Assembly (NCBI GenBank): GCA_030704615.1
Contig: CM060732.1
Location: forward strand, 25,358,001 to 25,422,000
From: Takakia lepidozioides
Taxonomy: Eukaryota > Plantae > Bryophyta
Direction of reading: 5' to 3'
DNA length: 64,000 nt
In this document: in pieces, positions 38,325 to 50,200 of the stretch
Layout of the letters: the number at the start of each line of letters is the position of its first letter
How positions within the stretch are numbered: the first letter of the stretch is position 1
Notes under the pieces: model-generated
What the model was told of the DNA's origin: nothing
Seen by the model: only the letters and a program-made list of their open reading frames with translations
Databases searched by the model: none
Made by a program: the position numbers and the translations under genes

Positions 38325-39870
38325 ACCAAGCGAGCGAGCCGGAACGCAACCAAGTGTGGGGAGCTGTTTCTGGACTGCCTCAATCATAGGGAAATTCCAC
38401 TCAGTCCCCCATAGTTGAGGATTGAGTGGGAAAGCGAAGGGAGACCATTATACCCTGACGAGCAGCCAAGCTCCAAATCAGCCCGACGGCCAAGGGGAGT
38501 TATTACACGGGGTGCGCGACACGTGGTATCAAAGCTTAGAGTTGAGTTTGCGAATTGTCCTCGAGATCGGTCTCACCATGGGGACGGGCAAAGAAAAGCG
38601 AAATCCCGAGCAAGCCAAGACACATTGCGGGGTACAAACTGCTTCTTCCTGAGTTCTTTGAACCCACTCCAGCTCATCGTCTTTGGGGTTGATCCCTAGT
38701 CTTGAAAGCACTTCTGCCATCATTGTTGAGTATAACCCCTTCAATAAGTGGGAATCAGTTCCACTCGGTCCTCGTCACTCAATTTGGCTGCTTATAAACA
38801 CTAATCCAACTCCAAAAGTCGGGGGCTGAAATTTCGTGAGCACTGAGCATGAGCACTGAGCTATAAGTAGTGAGCGGTGAGTAGACTTCCGAACCACGTC
38901 TGAGCTTCGGGATAGCTTCGGGATAGCTTCGAGGTTTGGGATAGGTTCGGTTTTTGGAATATTCCCATTTTGGATTTCAAATGAGATTTTTACTAAATTG
39001 CTTTTGCATATGACCCCTCAAAGATTGCAGGTTCGGCGCCCAACACCATTTCATACACTAAAAAAAACATTGAAGAAAAAAAAAACAAAAACGAACAGTG
39101 CCATACGGTTGGTAATGGTCCGAACTGGTTCGACATAGGTTCAGAAGAATATTCTTTGATAGAATATTCCTTGGTATTGGCTTAGCATAGGTTCGGCATA
39201 ATATTTCTTGGATATTTGTGAGAATATTCCTGAATCAAAATCTCCAAAAAGAATATTTCTCATAAATATTCTCAAAAAAGAATATTATTCTGCTCACTGC
39301 TCACCTGTTCACGAAACTCTGCTCACGAAAAACCCAACCTCCAAAAGCCAAGTGTTGAACGCCTTTCGATTCCGGATGTCCTCAAAAGTGTCGGGCTCCT
39401 TCAGTTCCACCATAAACTTGGTCTTTGTGGAAGTGGCAATGACAGCCTCCACAACATTCTTAAGGATCCCACCGAATTGCGCCAATAACTTTTTCCAAAA
39501 TGCTTGCGGCATCTATGACATCTGAGGATCCGAAGGCGCCTCGGGAAAATCCTCGGGTTCTGATTCCTCATGTGGCTCCTGCTCATGTGCAGCATATTTC
39601 TCCGAGAGGTATTCATCTCTTTTTTCTTCCTGCTTTGATGTCGTATCGCACCCATTGGGCTCACTAGGTTCATTAGCTTTCGGGCCATTAAGGTGATATC
39701 AAGAGCGACATCACGGGCGGTCGCAAGCAAATTGTTGTTGCAATAAGACGACCTGATCCTCGAGGAAGATTGTGCCTTGGCCATAGAGAAGGCCAAGAAG
39801 AGTGTATTACGTGGAGCTTGAGAAGCTTCACTCCCGGCTTGAACCATAAGAGTTCAGCCAAAAAACTAGC
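38325..39870. mobile_element. Scrambled older relative of the same gypsy family
   Basis: LTR end plus PBS (GCGCGACACGTGGTATCAAAGC) on +, gag pieces (AFWKKLLAQFGG..NRKAFNTWLLE) on -, 3' non-coding piece on +. Confidence 0.8.
38821..39340. mobile_element. MITE-like insertion in the gag remnant
   Basis: Inverted ends TTTCGTGAGCA / TGCTCACGAAA and GTGAGCGGTGAGTAGA / TCTGCTCACTGCTCAC; internal (G/C)TTCGG repeats; CTCCAAAAG duplicated on both flanks. Confidence 0.6.
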
Positions 39871-40274
39871 TAGGTGGGTAGATGGAAGGTTTGTCTTCAT
39901 TTATTCCGCTTCAGTTTTTTGTGCTCATACTACAATAGTGCTTTGAGTTTGTGAGAATGGAAAGATGTCCATGGAATGATGATGGTTTGTAGAATGCTCC
40001 ACTACAACAAATTCATATTTTTATGACTACATTTGCAGTCATAACTGACATATACGACTACGTGACTATGTAGTCCAAAAAGCCCTATCACCTCGGATAT
40101 TCTGCCATATATGCCATGAAGACATATATGACAAAAAAAGATATGTATCTGAACTAACTAAACCCTAAACTTTATAGATCACATATTACTACTACTCTGG
40201 ACCTCTTATGTATGCTCTTGCGTCTAAAAACAAAGAAGAGACCGAGGCTTATTTTTTTGGGACTAGCCATGAGT

Positions 40275-41205
40275 GAAGAAGAATGTGGAGTACCTCAACA
40301 TGACATAGAAGTGGATGAGCGATCTGAAAGTCACTCTAGCCAGAAGAGAAGAAGAATGTGGAATACCTCAACATAACATAGAAGTGGATGAGCGATCTGA
40401 AAGTCACTCTAGCCGGAAGATACGCAGCTATGAAACATGCTCTTTGCATAGCAAAAGAAATTAGTCATTTTCTCCATGACTTTAGAAATTCTGCACAAAG
40501 CTCACTCACAATCCAACCAATTCATAAACTCATAACTTCATGTCATTTAGTTTGTTCTAAAGTTTTAACATGGCAATGGGTTCACAAAACAACAATCTCT
40601 GATTAATGCGAAATCTTATGAAAATCAATTACTCTAGTCAGAAGATACTCACCTATGAAACACGCTCTTTGTATAGCAGAAGATAGTCATTTTCTCCACG
40701 ACTTCAAAAATTCTGCCCAAAGCTCACAATCCAGCCTATTCATAAATTCATAATTTCAGGTCAGTCAGTTTTTTCTACAGTTTTAACATGATAATGGATT
40801 AACTAAAAAATGCTCTATGATTACTGCTAAATTTTAAGTAAAATAGTTACTCCAGTCAGAAGATATGCAGCTATAAAGCACGGTCTTTGTACAACATAAA
40901 GTCATTTTCTCCATGACTTAGGAAAGTTTGCACAAAAGTCATAATCAAGCCTAGTATTCATAAATTCATAACTTCTTGTCCTTCAATTTGTTCTACAGTT
41001 TTACACATGGCGATGAGTTCACTTAAGAATAATTCTGATTAGTGCTAAACCTTAAGCAAAAACAATACTCCAGTCAGAAGATACGTAGCTATGAAACACA
41101 CTCTTTGTATAGCAGAAGATCGTCATTTTCTCCATGACTTTACAAATTCCGCACAACAGAATCCAGCCTATTTATAAATTCATAATTTCGTGTCATTCAG
41201 TTTGT
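40275..41205. repeat. ~68 bp duplication followed by a ~220 bp tandem repeat (~3.6 copies)
   Basis: ACTC(T/C)AGTCAGAAGATA...GTCATTTTCTCCA..ACTT...TTCATAAATTCATAA units at ~40405, 40631, 40848 and 41067. Confidence 0.9.
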
Positions 41206-41206
41206 A

Positions 41207-42470
41207 CAAGACTTTGCCACTGAAGTCTGCTGGCTTGTTGATAGATATCTTAGCGACACCTCTCCCCAAAAACCCCGCACCCTCGACAAACTAGCTTAAG
41301 CCTATGGACATAGCACCATCCCCTCGAACATCCTCAAGTTTCTCATCACCTCATTTCAGCTTACCCACTCATATTACTCAAGTCCACTCATGTGTCCCCT
41401 TGAGTTCACTTCCTATGACAGGCCACACCCTCGCGACTGTGTATTCGGAGCCCTAGGCTCCGCAACCCAACATACCTGGCGGGTCAGCGGCCTTGCTCAC
41501 CCGCCACCTAGGCCCCTCACACATGAGGCTCTTCAATGGGCGCGCGATGCCGCCCACTCCTCCCCCTCCTCCACCACTATCCTCATTCTCACACAGCAAA
41601 GGTCACATGACCAACAACACCCCCTTCTACAACTCCCCAGGGGGGTAACACCATTAGCCGCCATTGACCCAACCAACTTCGCTATGCATGCACCCTACCT
41701 TTTCCCAAATACCTCCGCCACAAGGAACCCACTCTAAACCTTACTTCTACTTGTCCAAAATACCCCCCACACCCCCATACCCCCAGACTTTCCCACTCGC
41801 CTCAAACATCTTCTATCCGACATCCATGGCGTGGTAATCACCACCTATTCACCCCCGCCAACACATAACCCTCTCGCCAGACCACCCCCTCGGCCAAAAA
41901 CTAACAAAGTATGGGACAAGACACCACTCCGGCCCACAACCCTCCATAATATAACCTCCCACGACGCCCCTCCGGTTAACCTGGGGTCTACTTCCCCCAA
42001 ATATCCCCCACTCCACTCACACTACACAAACGGCTCCCAATCTGGCTCCCATGCCGGATATGGCGTCTACCATGCCGCCACTAATAACGGGACCGCCCAT
42101 CGACTCCCAGGCCCCGCAACCATACTCCGTGCCGAACTTATGGCTATCTTTGAAGCTCTATTACAATTAGCCTCGTTCCTGCCACCGTACTACATTTTCA
42201 CGGATAGCCTCAACTCGCTCTTTATACTTCGTAACCATATTGTCTGCCCGTCCCCCCACCACCACCACCCCGATCGAAACCTTATCTCCGCTATTATCAA
42301 CCTCGCCATCTCCATCGATAAACCCATTCATTTTCTCAAAGTTCGTTTACATACTGGTATTAATGGCAACGAAGAGACAGACCTCCTTGCCCAGTTGGGG
42401 GCCTCCAAACCCCCAGTAGAACCGTCGGCTGACCCCATCCACATTGCTCATGCCCACCTTTTTTGGATGA
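41207..42470 (+). mobile_element. Retroelement (probably non-LTR) fragment: PCIF1-like adenine methyltransferase-like domain plus RNase H
   Basis: One frame with two stops (41297, 41735). RNase H motifs YTNGS, RAEL, IFTDSL, KVRLHTGINGNEETD; upstream FATEVCWLVDRY...IP..ILKFL...YYSSPLMC...D.VFGALG...AHPP. Confidence 0.75.
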
Positions 42471-43029
42471 TCCACATATGTCTAATAACGATATATGAAA
42501 TGTGCGTGCCAAATTTCAGGGTGAACAAAAGTCATTAGGACCCAAAACCACACTTTCTTCCTTAATCTGCATTCCAAACTTGATTTGTTTTCTACTTCAT
42601 GCACTCTTCATAGAGAGTTCTGCAAATAGTGAGCGAAGAGATTTTATTTTATTTTATTTTATTTTTTCCCATTTTTGTTTGGTCCAAAGTTTTGCATGGA
42701 TGTAGTCGTGCAAGGGTTGAAGCCACAGAACAAAATTGAGCCAAAAATAAAATTGTTACGTAGCAGAAAACCCCAATCAAAGACAATGTAAACCTAATTA
42801 TTTGCTTGAAATTCATTTAAACTCAATTTAATTCTAAATTGGTTGAAGGGTGAGGTGTGGTTGGGGAGGCAAATATTTTTTCTTTCTGTTGTATCTCCGC
42901 ATATGTGTTGCACACATATTCAAGCACATGCAGGCATAAGATGGGCCTCAACCTCATCCGTTCAATGGGTGCAATAGTCGTTCACCCATAACAGGATTTT
43001 TTTTTCTCAATAAACAAAACTAGACGACA

Positions 43030-43462
43030 GATGAACGCCTCATTGGCCCATTGAACAAATTTTGGTGGATCTCAGATTACTCTGGGACCTATCAGATGGT
43101 ACATTGAACATGCTGGCCAAGTCTTAAAGCGAACGAAAATCATTTGGATGGGCAACCATCCGTTGGTCCATCCAACGATTTTTGTTTCATCTCATATTAC
43201 TCTGGGACCTTTTAGATAGTACATGCAACATATTGGCCAAGTCTCAAAGCGAACCAAAATCATTTCGATGGGTAACCATCCATTCAGCCATCGAATGAAT
43301 TTCGTTTCATCTCATATTAGTCCGGGACCTGATACATGGTATGTTGAACATAGTGGCAAAGTTTGAAAGCAAACAAAAATCATTTGGATGGTCAACCATT
43401 CGATCGCCCATTGAATGAATTTCGTTTCGTCTCATATTAGACCGGGACCTGTTACATGGTAT
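43030..43462. repeat. 120 bp tandem repeat, ~3.6 copies, with another partial copy near 43900
   Basis: TCTCA(T/G)ATTA..C(T/C)GGGACCT recurs at exact 120 bp spacing (43081, 43201, 43321, 43441). Confidence 0.92.
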
Positions 43463-44500
43463 GCCTTTTGAAGCTCTTTTTGTAGTGTCTCCTACTTCGT
43501 AATGCGGTGCTTCTCCTTGTCTACTTTATCCAATCTGTCAATGTTCTCCACCTGGAACAGATCCACACATGTGACCCGGCCTCCTTAAATAACCAAATGA
43601 CCATCGCAACTTTTACAAGCCTCATCCCCAGCTTCAAGTTTTGATGGTCATTTGGTTTTTTAAGTATTTCTATAGACATGTGTGGATTTGTTCCAGATGG
43701 AGAACATCAACATTGAAAAAATAAGAGCTGGAGAAGTACCTCATTACGAAGCAAGAGACATTACAGAAGACCTCAACATGTTGAACATTTGGATGAAGAA
43801 CCATTTCGTCACTTCAAGCGCTTCTGAAATGATCACATGTTTGTTGGTGGAAACTAACACATACTCGTCTGCCAATCATGTCTCCCCCTAGGCCACATTG
43901 ATCTCATACTGGGACCTGTTGCATGGTATGTTGAACATAGTGGCAAAGTTAAAGCAAACAAAAACCATTTGGATCGTCAACCATTCGAAAGGGAGGTGAA
44001 TGATTCGATCGCCCATTGATCAAGCACCTTCATGGGTGCCCTGCCTTTTGAAGCTCTTTCTGTAGTGTCTCCTGCTTCGTAATGCGGTGCTTCTCCATGT
44101 CCTCTTTATGGTACCATTCTCGATTTGGAAGAGATCCACAGGTGTGTAGAAATCCTAAAAAACCAAATAACCATCAAAATTTGAAGCCTCATTCCCGGAC
44201 CGCAGCTTCAAATTTTGATGGTTATTTTATTTTTTTCGGATTTCTATACACGTCTGGATGTCTTCCAGATCGAGAATGTCATCAAATTGGAAAAAGAAGA
44301 GCTAGAGAAGCATCGTATTACGAAGCAGAACACATTACAGAAGACCTCAACATGTTCAACATTTGGATGATGTCAGATGAACCATTTCGTTCGTCACTTG
44401 AAGCGCTTTTGAAATGATCTCATGTTTGTTGGTGGGAGGCCGAAGGTAACGCGTCCTCGTCTGCCAATCATGCCTCCCCGTAGGCCACATTGATCTCATA
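43463..44500. repeat. Two ~580 bp-period units, each with a ~300 bp fold-back inverted repeat
   Basis: Arm TGTAGTGTCTCCT.CTTCGTAATGCGGTGCTTCTC pairs with GAGAAG...TTACGAAGCA...ACATTACA; hairpins at ~43472-43770 and ~44052-44345. Confidence 0.85.
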
Positions 44501-44771
44501 CTAGTCGAAGACTCCCCTAGGACACATGGAACAGTTCATGTGATACATTTTCACAAATGCGATGTGATACATTTGTGAAATCGTATCACATTAACCGTTT
44601 AATGTGGCCAATGCACCTCTTCTGCACTATGGTGGAAATGTTCGCCACTTGAAGGCACAAACACAAATAATCCTTGCAAACAATCTCAATAATCATATGT
44701 ACTACAAGGCCGTCTTTTGCTTGTCGGCCTCTTTGATTGGCAACTGGTGATAACCCGATCGTAAGTCCAAT

Positions 44772-46381
44772 TACTACAGCAAATGGGGGGGGGGGGTTTG
44801 CGACGCCAGCCGCGCCCCCACGCCCCGCACGGCGCTGAGCGTGCGACGCCAACCCCGCGGAGCCTGTTTGCGACGCCGGGCCGTCGCAACCAAACACCGC
44901 GGGTCGCCACCTGGCCATCGCACGGGCGGATGAAGGGCAGAAGACAACCCTTCCGTGCGATGCCCAAGCGTCGCCCCCCAGCAAAGGGCAGAAGGCAGCC
45001 CTTTCTGGCGACGGCCGGTCGTCGCAAGCCGAAAAAAACAGCCCTTTCTTGCCTTTTATTTCATCGCAGCCCTTTCTTGCGACGCCAGACCGTCGCATGG
45101 TGGCATGAAGGGCAAAAGGCCCCTACGACGGCCGGGCGTCGCAAACAGCCCGGCTGCCCTATTCTTTCAAAACAAAAAAATAGGTCACAGTTTGCGACGG
45201 CTTACCGTCGCCGTTTGCGACCCCCGGCCATAAATCCAAAAAAAACGCGTCGCTGTTTGCAACGCATAGGGGTCGCAGGCAGCGACGACAGGGCTTTCTA
45301 GGTTTAGATTTAGGGCCTTTGGGGGTTCTTAGTGTTTTTTTTTTTTTTTTTTTTACCATATGGTACTAGGGTAGGGTGTTTGTTTTTCTTTATGGTTTAG
45401 CTTGTTATTGTGGACCTTCTTGTAGATTGTGACATTCATTTTGATAATTCTCTTGATACCACATCTGTATGTATTACTCCAACATATTCATTGCCTCTGC
45501 CTTCCTTCTTGAAAAACTACCAGCCACAGCCATATTTGATCAATCATAGAAATAAGCTACAATATGCATGTACATGTACAATCAATCGAAGGGATGGATA
45601 CAGTTCGGTGCAAGAATTGTTATGTAGCTTTGATTTTGTGTCTAATCAACTTGAACATCATCATCCGAAGCTTCTTTATCCTCATCAAGCTGCAAGTCTT
45701 CTCGGTCATCGGAGTCATCGTCATAAATGGCCCGGCCCTCAAAAGGTACCTCCGAATCATCCTCCTCCTCATTGTCAATAGTCGTGTCTTCATCTCCTTC
45801 TCCAACATCCGTATCTTCTGGAGCTTCATCATATAGGGTCTGGGATGCATTGTCTGGGGCGTCATCATCCTCTTCTACCCCCTCTACCCAACCTCCATCA
45901 TCAGCATCATTATGACCAGTCTCTATGTCCACCGCAATTGCCTCACCCCATGGAGATCCGAGACCATGATAGATACGTCTTCCTCTTGGCTGAGCATGCA
46001 CAACCACCTTCCAATTCCCCCATCTTGTTTCGTCATCGGAGAAGAAAACTTGCTCCATGTCTGAAGGCCGTGAAAAAAACTCATCGGAGGGACGATGAGT
46101 AGGGTTGAGCCTATCTGCATTGACCCACATGAAACCACAATCAACTTGCACTAGTGTTGCGGAGGGCCCCACAAGATGTGGTTGGAACCACCTTCCCTTG
46201 AAGAGAAGAGGCCGGTACCTTGTATACTGAAGTTGGAGTATGCTCTCAAGCTCTCCAATGAACTCAAGTTTGCTCATAGCAGGTCGTGTATCTCCCTTGC
46301 CCCACACGGAGTCTTGCCAATATGTGGCACACAAGCCAGAATTAAAGGTTGTTTTGCGCTTCGTGTCAAGAACACGAATGT
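44772..46381 (-). mobile_element. CACTA 3' part: DUF4216 region, acidic tail, subterminal repeats and terminus
   Basis: ORF 45642-46385 TFNSG...FIGELESILQLQY...LFKGRWF...CGFMWVN...QVFFSDD..WKVV; many TGCGACG/CGTCGCA repeats at 44797-45290; terminus TACTACAGCAAAT at 44772 (CACTA with C>T). Confidence 0.88.
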
Positions 46382-47202
46382 GCACCTCACTTCGGTAAGC
46401 TCCCCTTCAAGTCATAGTTACTCGCTTTGATGCGCGCGCCTAACTCCCAACCTGGCCGCCTGGCCAAATCTGTAAAGGAGATCGTCAATCACCCTTTGTA
46501 TGGAGGGAGACTTGAGTTATGATATGGCCTGATGCCTGTGTGTAGGGGAGTCTACGCGCCTGTTCCAGAATATGATGCATTTTGACTGAGCGGGATGAGA
46601 GACATAGAACCTTGTGATTTGATAAAGATGATGCTTATTCGGAATCCGTACTTAAGCCTGTCATTAAGCTTGGTAATGTGAACGCCAAAGTAATGAGAAT
46701 GCTTAGGAAGGATCACAACCTCCGACTGTTGAGATCCCATGCACATGGGAACGTACTTATATACACATCCTAGCTCTACTGCCCACCATAGTAGAAGATT
46801 GTAGCTACGGACTCGGAGCTTCGGCTGCTCACTGGGACATAACGGTCCCACTTTTCTCCCCCAATAGACCCTCCACCAATTTGGGCCTGTGGAAAATTCC
46901 CTTTGGTAGATGACAGTCCGGAATAGCTCCCCACTCCTTGGTCGCTTTCTGGCTCGCTCGTTTACTCACTAGTTTTTGGTCACCAACGGGCTTGCACCGT
47001 TCTCGGGGTTACTACTCCCTATATATACTTATGTGATTGTCCGCGGGGGTTTCACAAACAACCATGCCATTTTATGGCGAACCACCACGAAGACCCTCGA
47101 TTCCCGGTGATGAGTCGCGGTGAGTCTCGGCCCACCCACCACGGCCCCGTTGGACCGTGGTGAGTCCCAAGACTCCCCACGACTCCCACCACAAGGCCTC
47201 CG
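46382..47202 (-). mobile_element. Right part of the 3' LTR of gypsy copy A, inverted, carrying a ~340 bp insert (~46468-46811)
   Basis: Shares A-type variants with 31710-32187 (e.g. GGAGGGTCTATTGGGGGAGAAAA) and resumes at the CGGAG where A's 3' LTR was cut. Confidence 0.85.
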
Positions 47203-50200
47203 TGTCGCAGCCCTTCGCCTTGAGGGCAGGGGGTCGGGACACGAGAGGGGCTGCCCCTGTGGTGGGGGCAGTGGCGACAATAGATGCGGGGGCTAAAGCA
47301 CCCTTGAGTGTCCAAGGCACTCAAGGAGGCGGAGGCGCTCCTATTACTGAAAGTATGTGAGAAATTTTGCCAAGATCGCGGGGCCGTTGTCAGACCTTTT
47401 GTGTAAATCCAAGGTATGGGTATGGAACACCTTTTGTGGCCAAGCTTTTGCCGAGTTGAAGCAGCGGATGGCGGAAGCTCCAGTCCTGAAAATCCCGGAG
47501 TTCGACCGCCCATTTGAGATTCATACGGATGTGTCGGACTTCGCGGTTGGAGGTGTACTCATGCAGGATGGACGTCCGGTGGCTTACAAAAGTAAGAAAC
47601 TGAATGAAGTGGAGCGACGGTGGCCAACGCACGAGAATAAGATGAAAGCGGTGGTGCATTGCCTTGAGCTTTGGCGCCACTATGTTGGTTCCAACCCGGT
47701 GAAGGTGTTCACGGACAATGTCACAGTGAAGTATTTTGCCACGCAGCCTAAGTTGTCCCCGAAACAACTTAGGTGGCAAGACACTTTGGCGGTGTTCGAC
47801 GTGGACAAACCGGGACGGGACAATGTGGTGGCCGATGCTTTGAGTAGAAAGTAGCAGCTCATGCTAGTGTACAAGGGCAAGACGACGCTCCAGAGGAAGA
47901 TCCGAAAGGCCTACCGGAAGGATGAGATGACGAAGTCCGTGATGCGAGACTTGAGGATGGGGGTTAAATCACAGTTCCACTTGCAAAATGGACTACTCCG
48001 GTACAAGCAAAAACGCCTCTACGTGCCGAAGGGAGGGATCAGAGATAGTCTCTTGAGAGAATGTCATGATGGCCCGCTTGCGGGCCACGGCGGACCCAAG
48101 CGCACCGCAGCACTCTTGAAGAAAGAGTATTTCTGGCCCAAACTGAGGGAGGAGGCCAAGGAGTATGTCAAGACATGCACCACATGCCAACAAAACCGGA
48201 GCGAGTACAAAAAGCAAGCGAGGCTGTTACAACCCTTGCCGATTCCTGAGGGGTCTTGGGAAAGTGTCTCGATGGTTTCATGACTGCTATGCTGCTGTCA
48301 AAAAGATTTGATGCAATCATGGTAGTGGTGGATAGGTTCAGTAAAATGGGCCATTTCGTCCCACCAAGGAGACGGCAACAGCGCAGGAGATGGGGCGTCT
48401 TTACTTCACCCACGTCTTCAAGCATCATGGACTCCCAAAGGATATTGTCTCGGACCGCGATCCAAAGTTTACAAGTAAATTTTGGAGGGCACTTTGGAAG
48501 AAAATGGGGACGAGGCTCAAAATGAGCACCGCCTTCCGACCTACGACGGACGGCCAAACGGAAAGGGTGAATTCCGTGGTGAAGCAGATCTTGCGGATTA
48601 CATGTCAGCAGACCAATCGGACTGGGTGGAGCACTTGGATGCGGCAGAGTTCTGTTATAATAACACAAAACATTCCGCAACGGGAGTTTCCCCCTTCGTA
48701 TTGGTTTATGGAAAAGCACCTCTGGTGCCGACCAGTTGGGCTGCCCAAGACGTTGAGGAACCGGTAGCAGCGGCAGTGCTGGAAGAACGCGAGCGTTTGT
48801 TGAAGCTCACAAAGTACAACATTGCCAAAGCTAGAAAACGGTATGAACAACAGGCGAATCGGAAGCGGATGGAGGTTAAGTTTGAGGCAGGCACGGAGTC
48901 TGGTTGAACATCAAGAATTTTCGACTACCTCCGGAAGTGAGTCCGAAGTTCGTACCTCCGTATGCGGGACTTTTTCGCATCCGGAAGGTTATGAATGAGG
49001 ATGTGTATGAACTGGAGCTGCCGGTAAACAGCAAGGTGCATCCGGTATTCCACGTCTCCATTTTGAAGCCTTACTTCAAAGATGAAGCGCGTCCGAATCG
49101 GCCTCAAGTGTTGCGTCCGCCACCTGTGCTGTTGGATCATGAAAATGAACCTGAGTACGAGGTGGAGGCAGTGTTTAAGTCGAGGAGGTTCAAGAATTGA
49201 GAAACAGAGTATCTCGTGAAATGGAAGGGCTATCATCATGCGGAGGCATCTTGGGTGCGTGCCTCAGAAATGGGGAACGCATCTGAGGCGGTTGCAGCTT
49301 TCGAAGGGCGACCTCAAAAGCGGAAGAAACGTTGATGGGGACATCAACCTTGGAGCGTGGGGGAGGAAATGCATGCTTAGCCAGGCTTAGCTAGCTAAGG
49401 AATCCGATTGCAAAAACTTGTATTGTACAAATTTTGTTATAAATGAAATGGTTTCCAAATGTTGTGCATCCTATTTTGTTTGGAATGGTGATGCATGGTA
49501 TGGTTGGCTAGTGTGTAGAATGCATGCTAAGCTTACAAAGTGGGAGAGGTAAATTGGATTAATCGTGTGTTTGTGTAGTGCCGAAATCGGGTGACTCCGA
49601 CCCAAGGGGCAAGGAAACTTGCGCCTTCGTTGGGAGTTCACGTGCTAGTGCGCATGTCACGCACCTCACTTCGGTAAGCTCCCCTTCAAGTCATAGTTGC
49701 TAGCTTGATGCGCGCGCCTAACTCCCAACCTGGCCGCCGAACCAACTTGGAGCTTCGGCTGCTCACCGGGGCATAACGGTCCCCCTTTGAACTCCCAAAG
49801 AACCCTCCACCGATTTGGAACCAGCGGGAATTCCCTTTGGTAAATGGCAGTCCGGAACAGCTCCCCACTCTTTGGTCGCTTTCCGGCTCGCTCGCTTACT
49901 CACTAGTTTTTGGTCACCAACGGGCTTGCACCGTTCTCGGGGTTACTACTACCTATATATACTTCTGTAGCTGTCCGCGGGGGTTTCACAACCAGCCATG
50001 CCATTTTATGGCGAACCACCACGAAAACCCTCAACTCCCGGTGATGAGTCGCGGTGAGTCTTGGCCCACTCACCACGGCCCCTATGGGCCGTGATGAGTC
50101 CCAAGACTCCCCACAACTCCCACCACGAGGTCTCCGCCCCCATGGTGAGTCCTATGCCACCCCCACTAAGTCCCGCTAAGCTACCACCACCCCTTGTGGA

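Noticed and set aside
44586-45359. Overlapping Arg/Pro-rich ORFs
   Set aside because: Artefacts of GC-rich CACTA subterminal repeats.
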